From: an uncultured Bacteroidota bacterium
Lineage (GTDB): Bacteria > Bacteroidota > Bacteroidia > UKL13-3
Direction of reading: 5' to 3'
NCBI GenBank assembly: GCA_903850915.1
Contig: CAINMV010000034.1
Coordinates: 37-64,036 of the forward strand
DNA: 64,000 nucleotides
Below are positions 8,376 through 18,286 of this stretch, in pieces. The notes below the pieces were generated by a model. It was not told the origin of the DNA, did not search any database, and saw only the letters and a program-made list of their open reading frames with translations. Position numbers and translations under genes: made by a program. Numbering within the stretch: position 1 is the stretch's first letter; each line of letters starts with the position of its first letter.

Positions 8376-10922
8376 ATGAGCGACGAAAAAATACTACCCG
8401 AGGACGCCGAACTTATCCAGAGTGATGCTGTAAACGACATGTACCAGAATTGGTTTCTGGACTATGCCAGCTATGTGATTCTTGACCGTGCGGTGCCACA
8501 TATAAACGATGGCCTAAAGCCGGTACAGCGAAGGATATTACATAGCATGCGCGAGTTGGATGATGGTCGTTTTAACAAAATTGCAAACGTGATTGGAAAC
8601 ACCATGAAATACCATCCTCACGGGGATGCAAGTATTGGTGATGCAACAGTACAATTGGGGCAAAAAAACTTGATGATAGAAACCCAAGGAAACTGGGGTG
8701 ATCCTGAAACTGGGGATAGCGCTGCAGCTCCGCGTTATATTGAAGGGAGGCTTTCTAAATTTGCGCAAGACGTTGCATTCAATCCAAAAACTACCGAATG
8801 GAAGCTGAGTTATGATGGCCGCAACAAAGAGCCAATAACGTTACCGATGAAATTCCCGTTACTCCTTGCGCAAGGCGTAGAAGGTATAGCAGTTGGACTT
8901 TCGACGAAACTGTTGCCCCATAACTTCATTGAATTAATAAAAGCCAGCATCGATTATTTGCGTGGCAGAAAAATAAACTTACTCCCCGACTTCCCCACTG
9001 GTGGCATTGCCGATGTAAGCAAATACAATGAAGGACTGCGCGGAGGAAAAGTACGCGTTCGAGCGCGCATTGAAGAACGGGACAGCAAAACTTTGGTGAT
9101 TACCGAAATCCCTTTTGGAACCACCACAGGAAGCCTGATGGAAAGTATCGTGAATGCTAACGATAAAGGAAAAATTAGAATCCGCAAGGTAGAAGATCTA
9201 ACCTCAAAAAATGTAGAGGTGGTGGTGCATTTAGCTGCCGGTGTGAGTCCGGATAAAACCATTGATGCCCTCTATGCCTTCACCGATTGTGAGTATGGCT
9301 TATCGCCCAACTCCTGCGTGATACGCGACGACAAGCCTCAATTTCTTTCCGTTAACGATATCTTAAAATTCAATACTGACCAAACGGTTCAGCTACTTAA
9401 GTTGGAACTAGAGATTGACCTGAAAGAATTGAATGAGAAATTGTTTTTCGCCTCGCTAGAAAAGATATTTATTGAAAATAGGATATACCGAAAAATTGAG
9501 GTAGCAGAAACCTTTGAAGAGGTAATTGCGATAATCGACAAAGGGTTACGACCGTATGTTAAGGATTTTTACAGAGATATTACGCGTGACGACATTTTAA
9601 AGCTGACCGAGCTACGTATCAAAAGAATTAGCAAATACGATAGCTTTCAGGCAGACGAGCTACTTAAAAAACTTGAAAAAGAAATTAAACAAGTTCGCTA
9701 TAACTTAAAAAACCTTATTGAATATTCTATTGAATATTACAATGAGATTTTAAAGAAATATGGCAAGGGCAAAGAACGAAAAACAGAGCTGCGCGAATTT
9801 GAAACAGTGCAAGTGAATGCTGTGGCTGCTAAGAACGCCAAATTGTATTTCAACGCCAAGGATGGATTTGCCGGCATGACCTTGAAGAATGACGAACTGA
9901 TAGCGGAATGCAGCGATATTGACGATGTTATAGTATTTAACGAAGATGGCACTATGAAGGTATTTAAAATTAGCGATAAAACCTTCGTAGGCAAAGATGT
10001 ACTGCATATCGCTATCTTTAAAAAAGGCGACGAACGTAGCATCTACAATATGATTTATCGCGATGGTGATAAAGGAGCTTCATACATGAAGCGCTTTAAT
10101 GTAACCGGTGTTACCCGTGATAAGCCTTACGACCTCACCCGAGGTAACAAAAACAGCAAAGTGCTTTATTTCACAGCAAATCCGAATGGAGAGGCCGAAT
10201 TGGTGGAAGTTAACCTGAAACCTAAAGTAGGATTGCGAAAGGATAAATTTGAAATTAACTTCGCCGATTTAGAAATCAAAGGTCGCGGAGCACAAGGTAA
10301 TTTAGTAACCAAATATGATGTGAAAAATGTGAAGATGCGCAAGAAAGGCATCTCTACTTTAGGCGGTGAAAAACGCTGGTTCGACAGCAACACCAAGCGA
10401 CTTAACAAAGAAGAACGCGGTATATATTTGGGTGAATTTCTTGCCAAAGACCGCATCATTGCCGTTTACAAATCCGGTAATTTCGAACTCACCAACTACG
10501 AGCTCACCAACCATTACCGCGAAGACATTACCATAATACAAAAACTAAAACCAAAGACCACCGTTAGTGCAGCCTACTATGATGTTGATAAGGCGAATTA
10601 TTATTTAAAACGCTTTACTATCGACAAATCGACAGAGGATAAACTATTTGGCTTTATTGGAGAGAATGAAAAGAATGAGCTTGTAAATGTTTGCTTGTTT
10701 GAAGATGCTCATTGTAAAGTGGAATTTGCAAAAGTAAAAGGATTATTGGCCGACCCCTTAGAGTTTGAATTGAGTGAATTTGTTGAGGTAGCCAATCCAA
10801 AGGCCGTTGGAAAGAAGATCACCTCTGATAAAGTAAAAGAAATTCGCTTTATCTCCTTAGACCCAGAAGAAGGCTTGGATGATATAGAGCAGAAGCCTGT
10901 TTTTAAAATGACATTATTTTAG
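8376..10922 (+). CDS. parC: DNA topoisomerase IV subunit A
   Basis: DRAVP-x3-DGLKPVQRRIL, YHPHGDAS, AAPRY catalytic Tyr, PDFPTGG. No GyrA-box. Confidence 0.92.
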   Translation: MSDEKILPEDAELIQSDAVNDMYQNWFLDYASYVILDRAVPHINDGLKPVQRRILHSMRELDDGRFNKIANVIGNTMKYHPHGDASIGDATVQLGQKNLMIETQGNWGDPETGDSAAAPRYIEGRLSKFAQDVAFNPKTTEWKLSYDGRNKEPITLPMKFPLLLAQGVEGIAVGLSTKLLPHNFIELIKASIDYLRGRKINLLPDFPTGGIADVSKYNEGLRGGKVRVRARIEERDSKTLVITEIPFGTTTGSLMESIVNANDKGKIRIRKVEDLTSKNVEVVVHLAAGVSPDKTIDALYAFTDCEYGLSPNSCVIRDDKPQFLSVNDILKFNTDQTVQLLKLELEIDLKELNEKLFFASLEKIFIENRIYRKIEVAETFEEVIAIIDKGLRPYVKDFYRDITRDDILKLTELRIKRISKYDSFQADELLKKLEKEIKQVRYNLKNLIEYSIEYYNEILKKYGKGKERKTELREFETVQVNAVAAKNAKLYFNAKDGFAGMTLKNDELIAECSDIDDVIVFNEDGTMKVFKISDKTFVGKDVLHIAIFKKGDERSIYNMIYRDGDKGASYMKRFNVTGVTRDKPYDLTRGNKNSKVLYFTANPNGEAELVEVNLKPKVGLRKDKFEINFADLEIKGRGAQGNLVTKYDVKNVKMRKKGISTLGGEKRWFDSNTKRLNKEERGIYLGEFLAKDRIIAVYKSGNFELTNYELTNHYREDITIIQKLKPKTTVSAAYYDVDKANYYLKRFTIDKSTEDKLFGFIGENEKNELVNVCLFEDAHCKVEFAKVKGLLADPLEFELSEFVEVANPKAVGKKITSDKVKEIRFISLDPEEGLDDIEQKPVFKMTLF

Positions 10923-10989
10923 TAGGACGCTCCAATAATAACCATTAAAAAAAGCCATCAATCGAGAAATTTATTACCGCTTAATTGTG

Positions 10990-11340
10990 ATGAACAAATC
11001 CATTAAAAACGCCCTAAATGGGCTTTTCAGAGCATTTGCTACACAAAAAAGCCTTTGGATTCAAAGCTTAATTTCGATTGTAGCGATATTCGCCGGCTTT
11101 TACTTCACTCTTTCACGATTGGATTGGCTTGCGTTAGTAATTTGTATCGGAACCGTAATTGGTGCCGAGCTGTTTAATACCGCCATTGAAGAGGTCGTGA
11201 ATTTCATTTCGCCAGAATACCACATTCAGGCCGGTTTAATAAAAGACATTGCCGCTGGCGCTGTATTGTTTTTAGCTATTATCGCTGTTTTTGTTGGTGG
11301 CCTAATTTTCATCCCAAAAGTAGTTGCCTTGTTCCCCTAA
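10990..11340 (+). CDS. dgkA: Diacylglycerol/undecaprenol kinase family protein
   Basis: Three TM helices, ELFNTAIEEVV and KDIAAGAV motifs. Confidence 0.88.
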   Translation: MNKSIKNALNGLFRAFATQKSLWIQSLISIVAIFAGFYFTLSRLDWLALVICIGTVIGAELFNTAIEEVVNFISPEYHIQAGLIKDIAAGAVLFLAIIAVFVGGLIFIPKVVALFP

Positions 11341-11423
11341 TTGCGTCAAATCAGTTTACATTGACGTCAAATACAATAAAAACTTAATTCCATTTTATTC
11401 TTTATCAAATCGAAAAAACAAAA

Positions 11424-12224
11424 ATGAAACCCTCAATAGATTATATTTCGCAAAATAAGGCCGCCTGGGACACCAAGACTGAATTCCATATAGATTCTGC
11501 CTTTTACGACAACAAAGGCTTCCTGGCGGGCAAAAACACGTTAAATTCGATAGAATTAGACCTGCTCGGTGACGTAAAAGATAAAACCATCCTACATTTG
11601 CAATGTCATTTTGGGCAAGATAGCCTCTCGTTGGCACGCATGGGCGCCACGGTTACCGGCATTGACTTCTCGGAGAAAGCCATTGAAAAAGCGCGCGATT
11701 TAAATCAACAGCTTAACCTTAATGCCAACTTTCACTGTTGTGAGCTGTATGAATGTGCAAATTACCTTAACGCGCCCTTCGATCTTGTTTTTACAAGTTA
11801 TGGAACCATTGGCTGGCTTCCAGACTTAAATAACTGGGCTAAAATTATTACCAATGCACTTAAACCCGGCGGACGATTTATTATGGCCGACTTTCACCCG
11901 GTGGTATGGATGATGGATAGTGCTTTTTCGGAAATCAAATATTCGTATTTCAACGCCGAGGACATCATTGAGACCGAAACCGGCAGCTATGCCGACAAGT
12001 CAGCTCCGATAGAATACACTACGGTATCGTGGAATCATAGCTTGAGTGAATTGTTAAACGCTTTAATCCAAAATGGTTTAGAAATAGCACTTTTTAATGA
12101 ATATGACTACTCACCCTACCCCTGCTTTAATGGCATGGAAGAGCGAACCAAAGGACAGTTTCAAATTCAACATTTAGGAGATAAAATTCCTTTAGTATAT
12201 GCACTTGTAGCATTTAAAAAATAA
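11424..12224 (+). CDS. Class I SAM-dependent methyltransferase
   Basis: ILHLQCHFGQD motif I variant, VTGIDFS, FDLVFTSYG, LKPGG. Confidence 0.9.
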   Translation: MKPSIDYISQNKAAWDTKTEFHIDSAFYDNKGFLAGKNTLNSIELDLLGDVKDKTILHLQCHFGQDSLSLARMGATVTGIDFSEKAIEKARDLNQQLNLNANFHCCELYECANYLNAPFDLVFTSYGTIGWLPDLNNWAKIITNALKPGGRFIMADFHPVVWMMDSAFSEIKYSYFNAEDIIETETGSYADKSAPIEYTTVSWNHSLSELLNALIQNGLEIALFNEYDYSPYPCFNGMEERTKGQFQIQHLGDKIPLVYALVAFKK

Positions 12225-12230
12225 AATACC

Positions 12231-13118
12231 ATGGCATTAATATTAATACTAGGCGCAAGGGGCTTAATTGGCCGTAACTTAAAAGCACATCTTACCATGC
12301 AAGGTCATGAGGTTCGTTATTTCGTGCGTGAGCAAAGGAAAGCGGATGATATTACCTCCTTTTACTGGAACTATGAACGTGAAGAGGTGGACATAAAGGC
12401 ATTTCGTGATGTAGATTATATCATCAATCTCTCGGGCGCCAACATCAGCAAGCGCTGGACCTTCAAATACAAAAAAGAAATTTATGACAGTCGCATTATG
12501 ACGCTCCAATTTCTTTACAATATCCTTAAAAAGCATCAAATTCGCGTTAAAAAAATAATCAGTGTGTCGGGCACCGGCTACTATGGCGATACACTTGAGC
12601 AACACTGTACCGAAACCAGTGTAACAGGCAAAGACTTTCTAGCAATGGTATGCAGAGATTGGGAAGATGCAGCAAATAAGTTTAACGAAATGAAAATTTC
12701 GACTTGTATTTTACGTCTAGGAGTAGTAATGAGCTTAAAAGGTGGATTTATTCCTAGAATAGCCACTCCAATGCGCTTTTTTGTTGGCACACACCTCGGA
12801 ACGGGCAAGCAAGTGGTGAGCTGGATCTCTCTCAACGATGCTTGCCGACTTTTTGAACATGTGATTGAAAAAAATCTTGTTGGCACCTATAACGCCACCT
12901 CATCCAACCCATTATCGCTGGAGGAGATTGATAACAGCATCGCCCAATTTTACCATCGTAAGATATGGCTTCCAAATGTTCCAACCAAACTGGTAAAACT
13001 ACTTTTAGGAGAGATGAGCGCAATTGTGCTCAGCAGCTGTTGGACGGACAACAACAGAATTAAGAACACCGGATTTACATTTCAGGAAGAGCAATTTGAC
13101 CACTGTTTAAGATATTAG
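12231..13118 (+). CDS. TIGR01777/YfcH-family NAD-dependent epimerase-like oxidoreductase
   Basis: GARGLIG Rossmann motif, IINLSGANISKRW, DSRI, FLAMVCRDWE, LRLGVV, SWISLND. Confidence 0.88.
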   Translation: MALILILGARGLIGRNLKAHLTMQGHEVRYFVREQRKADDITSFYWNYEREEVDIKAFRDVDYIINLSGANISKRWTFKYKKEIYDSRIMTLQFLYNILKKHQIRVKKIISVSGTGYYGDTLEQHCTETSVTGKDFLAMVCRDWEDAANKFNEMKISTCILRLGVVMSLKGGFIPRIATPMRFFVGTHLGTGKQVVSWISLNDACRLFEHVIEKNLVGTYNATSSNPLSLEEIDNSIAQFYHRKIWLPNVPTKLVKLLLGEMSAIVLSSCWTDNNRIKNTGFTFQEEQFDHCLRY

Positions 13119-13119
13119 T

Positions 13120-15888
13120 TTACTGTTGTAACCCTGCCTTACGTTTCGCCTCCTCCAGTAGCGCATCGGCATTGATGGTTGCTTCGTTAAGAATCCTTTG
13201 CGCTTTCGCATCGGCCTCTTTCTTCAACTTCTCTGAAGCCACCTTTGCTGCCATTTTACCAAGTGGATTTTGCACGCTATTTACCAAGCTATCTGCTGTT
13301 TTATAGGCTTGGAGCTTAATGATATTTGCATAATTCGAAGCATCCATTTTAATTTTATCGGCTTGTAACTTCGCCGCATTTATTAACTTTAACGAGGCCT
13401 CACGTGCTTGTGATTCACCGAGTAGTTTTAAATTATTTAATGAATCTTGCGCTCTTTTCACGAGCGCATCTCTTAAGTCATCGAGCGCCTTATTGGCCAT
13501 ATTACGCAGGCTAGTTGTGATTTCAGGCTTTAGCATGTTTCCTTTTATAAACACATCCACGTCAACGTTATCGCCGAGCGTTACTGGCACTGCCGTATTT
13601 TTATTCGCATTTTCAATCATCGAATTCAATGCCGTGTTAGTTGCCCCAAATTCACTTCGTGGAATACTTAGCTTCAAATGAAAACTCATGTTTTTATCCA
13701 AGCCCGTGACACCCTCTAAAAGTTCGATTCCATAATTATTCCATTTTGTTTTAAAAGGCTTTATAATAACTTCTCCTTTGTTTATCATAAAATTCAACAA
13801 CAAATTTTGCATGTCGAATCGCTTTAGCTTTGCAAGCTGCAGTTGATCCGATAGAAGCGCAAGCACCTCCCCCCCTTCCATGGTGGCTTTTGCGATATTG
13901 AGGCTACCCAAGCTGGTAATCGAATTTAAAATGGGATTAAAGTCCCGATCAAAGGCGCCATAATACGTTAATTTCGAATTTAAATTACCCTTCATTAAGG
14001 CTGCCATAGGAGCCAATGACTTCACCGAATTAAAAGCAACAAATGCCTTTTGAATATCGAGATTTTGAATCCCAAAATCGAAGTTAAAAATTGGCTTACT
14101 AATCGCACGAGAATTGTATTTCCCATTCAACACAAACTTCGCATCCAGCATTTCCAAAGAGGCATTTTCAATTGCTAACTCCCCATCATTGATGTGTATT
14201 TCGCCTAATACATTCGAAATGTTGTAGGTGTTGTATTTTAAGCTTTTAATTTTCGATTTACATAGAAAGTCAATGTTTTCAGGGATCTTCACCGGCTTCA
14301 TCACGGAGGTATCTGCTGTGCCATCGGCTTTATTGCTATTTAGCATCTCATTAACATCGAGCATATTTGACGTAATATTCAAGGCACCTTTAATTTTCCC
14401 ATTGTGTAGTAAAAACCCGAAAAAGTTTTCTAGTTTCCCTTCCGCCTCTATATCGGAATGGCCAACACCAATTTTACAATCGGCTAGTGTAATTTGTGAT
14501 GGCGATAACTGCGCAGCGGCATAAGGCAAATTAATCGACAATGCACCTTTACTTTCATATACGATATCTTGCGCTATAAACTTACCCGATGCTTTTAGTT
14601 TTTCGTAATCGCCATTGCTGATAAACGCTACATTGCCCTTTGCTGCGATGTTAATGGACAACAAGCCACTTAGCTTTGTGTCGGCCAACGGTACAATTTG
14701 TGTTATCGTAGCCAAATTTAACCTACCATCAAGCGCTATATCCAAAAAAGTATTCGAGATGGGATTGGTGATTTTTAAATTTCCATCAAGGATATCGTCA
14801 CCAACCGCCGCGTGAAATTGTTGCAGATCGATATTGGTATGATCCATCACGCCATCAGGATTGTTGATATGCAGCGCCATATTTACGTTAGAAATGCGCT
14901 GTGGCAAATCGGGGTATTTGAACGAGCCGTTTTTTACGCCTAGGTGCAAGCCAAAAGAAGGCATTTGATAATCGCTATAAACCCCCTTCACATTGGCAGT
15001 GAAGCCAAATTCCCCTTCAGACTGCAACGACTCAAACTTGTTTTTATATAATGCTGGAAGTAAACTTAACAGCTTTTTAAATTCTGTTTGGTTGTTGCTT
15101 ATTGCCAGATCCATTTCCATATCCGTATCGTTGGGCAGAGCCAAAAAACCATTAACGGTAACAGCCAAATCATTACAAGCGAATACATTTTCTTTAAATT
15201 CAAATCGGTAGGTATTTAAATCCACATTAAGCTTTGCATCCACCATCGCTTTTACATGATTTAAATAGGCCACTCCTCCATATATCATTGTTAAATCGCG
15301 TACATCCGTTTTCGTTTTAAGATCAAAAACCATCGCTTGAAAGTTGCCACTTCCTAGGTGATTAACACCATCTAACGCCAAAGAGAATCCAATCCCCTCA
15401 TCATTGTATTTAATTCGACCATTTTTAATTTCGTAAACATCGAGATTCACTTTCAAGCTAGACTTGGTGGTATCGGAAGCACCGTTTGGCTTGATTATTT
15501 CGTAATTCGCCTTACCATTTTTATGGTATATAATATTAACATAGGGATCAAGGGCATAAAACTTACGAATAGAAACTTCGCGCGCATCCCACAGTGTTTT
15601 TAAGTCCACCACCACCTGCATCGACTTAAAATACAATAACGTATCGCCTTCAAACTCATCCTTTCCTAAAATACCAACGTTAGATAAAGTGATGCTCAAA
15701 TTGGGGAAGTTTTTAAATAGGTTCAGACCGATATCATTGTCGAAGGATAGATTGGCATTAATATTTTTATTCGCTACGAGTTTTATACGCTCTACAATTT
15801 CACCCTTAAAGAAAAGCGGCACCGCAATTAAAAAAGATAAAAACGCAAGGATCGTAATTCCAGCGATTGTGATTAGTTTCTTTTTCAT
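13120..15888 (-). CDS. AsmA-like family protein
   Basis: N-terminal TM anchor, INANLSF...LFKNFPNLSITL, long amphipathic beta-strand region, helical Ala/Lys-rich C-terminal tail. Confidence 0.8.
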   Translation of the reverse strand: MKKKLITIAGITILAFLSFLIAVPLFFKGEIVERIKLVANKNINANLSFDNDIGLNLFKNFPNLSITLSNVGILGKDEFEGDTLLYFKSMQVVVDLKTLWDAREVSIRKFYALDPYVNIIYHKNGKANYEIIKPNGASDTTKSSLKVNLDVYEIKNGRIKYNDEGIGFSLALDGVNHLGSGNFQAMVFDLKTKTDVRDLTMIYGGVAYLNHVKAMVDAKLNVDLNTYRFEFKENVFACNDLAVTVNGFLALPNDTDMEMDLAISNNQTEFKKLLSLLPALYKNKFESLQSEGEFGFTANVKGVYSDYQMPSFGLHLGVKNGSFKYPDLPQRISNVNMALHINNPDGVMDHTNIDLQQFHAAVGDDILDGNLKITNPISNTFLDIALDGRLNLATITQIVPLADTKLSGLLSINIAAKGNVAFISNGDYEKLKASGKFIAQDIVYESKGALSINLPYAAAQLSPSQITLADCKIGVGHSDIEAEGKLENFFGFLLHNGKIKGALNITSNMLDVNEMLNSNKADGTADTSVMKPVKIPENIDFLCKSKIKSLKYNTYNISNVLGEIHINDGELAIENASLEMLDAKFVLNGKYNSRAISKPIFNFDFGIQNLDIQKAFVAFNSVKSLAPMAALMKGNLNSKLTYYGAFDRDFNPILNSITSLGSLNIAKATMEGGEVLALLSDQLQLAKLKRFDMQNLLLNFMINKGEVIIKPFKTKWNNYGIELLEGVTGLDKNMSFHLKLSIPRSEFGATNTALNSMIENANKNTAVPVTLGDNVDVDVFIKGNMLKPEITTSLRNMANKALDDLRDALVKRAQDSLNNLKLLGESQAREASLKLINAAKLQADKIKMDASNYANIIKLQAYKTADSLVNSVQNPLGKMAAKVASEKLKKEADAKAQRILNEATINADALLEEAKRKAGLQQ

Positions 15889-16077
15889 CCCACAAAATTA
15901 GGTTACTTAAATAATATAATTAATCTAAATATAGCCCCATAACCTGACAAAGTCGATAACGTGATTGACAAATTAGCACTATAAACATTTTTTATTGCCA
16001 ATATGTGCATAAAACAAATAAAGGAACTGTAATTGACTGCTTTACTTTGTAACTCAAAAAAATAACATTAAAAAATC

Positions 16078-16395
16078 ATGGCAATAGAATTCACCGATGC
16101 AAACTTCGAAGCTGAAGTATTAAAATCTGATAAACCTGTAATTGTGGACTTTTGGGCCGAGTGGTGCGGTCCGTGCAGGATGGTTGGCCCTGTAGTAGAA
16201 GAGCTTGCCAATGAATACAAAGACACCGCTGTAATAGGCAAGTTAAATGTAGATCATAACCCGCAAACAGCCATTGCCTATGGCATTCGCAACATTCCAG
16301 CGATTCTGTATTTTAAAAATGGGCAGGTTGTAGATCGCCAAGTGGGCGTAGCACCTAAAAATGTTTTGCAAAGCAAATTAGAATCACAAATGTAA
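16078..16395 (+). CDS. trxA: Thioredoxin
   Basis: VDFWAEWCGPC, GIRNIP. Confidence 0.97.
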   Translation: MAIEFTDANFEAEVLKSDKPVIVDFWAEWCGPCRMVGPVVEELANEYKDTAVIGKLNVDHNPQTAIAYGIRNIPAILYFKNGQVVDRQVGVAPKNVLQSKLESQM

Positions 16396-16418
16396 TAATC
16401 GATTACATTAATAAACTT

Positions 16419-16448
16419 AAAAAGCTACACTAGCGTGTGGCTTTTTTT
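16419..16448. terminator. Bidirectional intrinsic terminator between trxA and the ABC permease
   Basis: AAAAAGCTACAC-TAGC-GTGTGGCTTTTTTT hairpin with flanking A and T tracts. Confidence 0.8.
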
Positions 16449-16492
16449 ATACGCAAAAAGAAAGCGATATGTGGCAGTTAAACCCAAGGCTA

Positions 16493-17764
16493 TTATTTTG
16501 AACGGATAGCCTCTACAGGATCGAGGCGTGAGGCGGCAAAAGCAGGAATTATACCCGCCAGAATTCCGATAGTAAAAGAGATGATGAATGCTATTCCGAT
16601 ATTAAATAAAGAGAGGACCAATTCGAAACCGATAAGTTTGGCTATTCCGATTGCCATGACCACCAAGAGCAATCCAACAAAAGCACCCATGATGCAAAGC
16701 AACACCGCCTCCACCAGAAATTGTATCAAAATAAAGTTATTCTTAGCGCCTAGCGCCTTTTGAATTCCGATTAAACTTGTGCGTTCCTTTACGGATACAA
16801 ACATAATATTCGCCACTCCGAAGCAGCCAACAATAATTGAGAAAAGACCGACGATAGCGCCTACGATCCATAATATACTAAACAAACTATCAAACGCTGT
16901 TGTTATCATCGACAGTTCATTAACAGCAAAATTATCTTCGAGTCCAGGCGATATTTTACGAATAGCACGCATATTTTTTCGCACCTCATCCATAATAAAA
17001 TCCATACTAACCTTTTCAAGAGGTTTAACATATATACTAGGTTCGATGAAATTATGCCCTACGGCAATGACCGTTTTGATATAATTATACGTTAAGATAG
17101 CTGAACCATCGAGACTTGTTTGAAGGAGATTGGTACCCTCCTTTTTTAGGATACCGATTACAGTAACCTTTCGTCCTCCCATTTTAATGACCTTACCAAG
17201 AGCATCCTCGGGCTTACTAAAAAGGCCTTCGGCGATGTCGTTGCCAATAACGACGGCGTTACTACCTGTATAGAAGTCGAGTTCAGAGAAGAAGCGGCCG
17301 GAGGCAATCTCAAATCCCCTTATTTTCTCGTAATTAGAGGTACATGCTATGATTCCGGGGTTACTAACGATATTGTCGGCATATTTAAAGTTATCCGCAT
17401 TATAATTCAGCATGAGACAACATGTTGCCTGATCTTTCAATGCGGCACTTAGTTTTTCATATTCACTATATTTGGCTACAGGCCGGTTAACAAATTTCCA
17501 CCACGGGTAATCGCCTCCAAAAATAAGCGGCCATTTTTGTACCAGCACCATATTGCTTCCTAGCGCATCGATACTACTATGTATGTTACGTTGTAGCGAG
17601 TCGACCAAGGAAAAAACGAGTATAATACAAAAAATGCCTATAGAGATGCCGAGTGTAGATAAAAAAGACCTCAGTTTATTTGCTGCGATAGCCTGAAAAG
17701 CCCCGCGCATACTTTCCATTAGAATTTGGAGCGTGAGCAAAACTGAAGGTTTCCGGCGATTCAT
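16493..17764 (-). CDS. MacB/FtsX-family ABC transporter permease
   Basis: NKLRSFLSTLGISIGI, periplasmic domain, GVANIMFVSVKERTSLIGIQKALGA, QFLVEA, PA-x2-ASRLDPVEAIR. Start at 17764 is supported by a minus-strand TATTTTTG at 17782-17789. Confidence 0.9.
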   Translation of the reverse strand: MNRRKPSVLLTLQILMESMRGAFQAIAANKLRSFLSTLGISIGIFCIILVFSLVDSLQRNIHSSIDALGSNMVLVQKWPLIFGGDYPWWKFVNRPVAKYSEYEKLSAALKDQATCCLMLNYNADNFKYADNIVSNPGIIACTSNYEKIRGFEIASGRFFSELDFYTGSNAVVIGNDIAEGLFSKPEDALGKVIKMGGRKVTVIGILKKEGTNLLQTSLDGSAILTYNYIKTVIAVGHNFIEPSIYVKPLEKVSMDFIMDEVRKNMRAIRKISPGLEDNFAVNELSMITTAFDSLFSILWIVGAIVGLFSIIVGCFGVANIMFVSVKERTSLIGIQKALGAKNNFILIQFLVEAVLLCIMGAFVGLLLVVMAIGIAKLIGFELVLSLFNIGIAFIISFTIGILAGIIPAFAASRLDPVEAIRSK

Positions 17765-17925
17765 GGAGGATAATAGAGATGCAAAAATAGCGTAGGTTAG
17801 GCACAATAAAGTGCCTATTTGTTGACAAAAGGAAATTAATTATTAAATAATGATTTGTTGCAGTCAAAAAAAAAGTTACCTTTGCGCTCCTTTTAAAAAA
17901 AGAAAAGTACTTTAAAATAGACTTT

Positions 17926-17998
17926 GATTCCGTAGCTCAGCTGGTAGAGCATTACACTTTTAATGTAGGGGTCCTGGGTTCGAATCCCAGCGGGATCA
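17926..17998 (+). tRNA. tRNA-Lys(TTT)
   Basis: Acceptor GATTCCG/CGGGATC+A, TAGCTCAGCTGGTAGAGC, anticodon loop CTTTTAA, GGTTCGAATCC. -7 element TACCTTTG at 17877-17884. Confidence 0.96.
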
Positions 17999-18010
17999 CA
18001 TCTAAAAACA

Positions 18011-18050
18011 AAAAAGCCTTGGTAACGTAAAGTTTACCGAGGCTTTTTTT
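18011..18050 (+). terminator. Intrinsic terminator after tRNA-Lys
   Basis: AAAAAGCCTTGGTAA-CGTAAAGT-TTACCGAGGCTTTTTTT. Confidence 0.85.
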
Positions 18051-18286
18051 ATTTATGGTCAATACGGCCTGATTTTACAAATTAGTAGAATTAGAAACAA
18101 CGCTACAATGTAATGAGGCACAGTGGAGCTAAGGAAATGGGGCAGGTAAATAACGGAAATACCCCGAAAACTAATACAATAAGAGTCCGATAGTCAATTC
18201 AAGTTTTGATTAGAAATAATTTTCGTTTTCTTTGTAACTTGATTTCACTTACAAAAATTAGGTATCGTATGTTTAGCTCCATAATC

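Noticed and set aside
10485-10515. 15-bp tandem duplication in parC (ELTNY-ELTNH)
   Set aside because: Short, in-frame and imperfect, with no sign of a contingency locus.
6355-10922. Gyrase gyrB/gyrA or an unusual second topoisomerase
   Set aside because: No GyrA-box, and the motifs and lengths fit the ordinary Bacteroidota topoisomerase IV pair.
15901-15930. dif-like Xer site (a similar AT-rich stretch also occurs at ~445-472)
   Set aside because: Only a partial XerD-arm match in AT-rich DNA, with no acceptable XerC arm or spacing.
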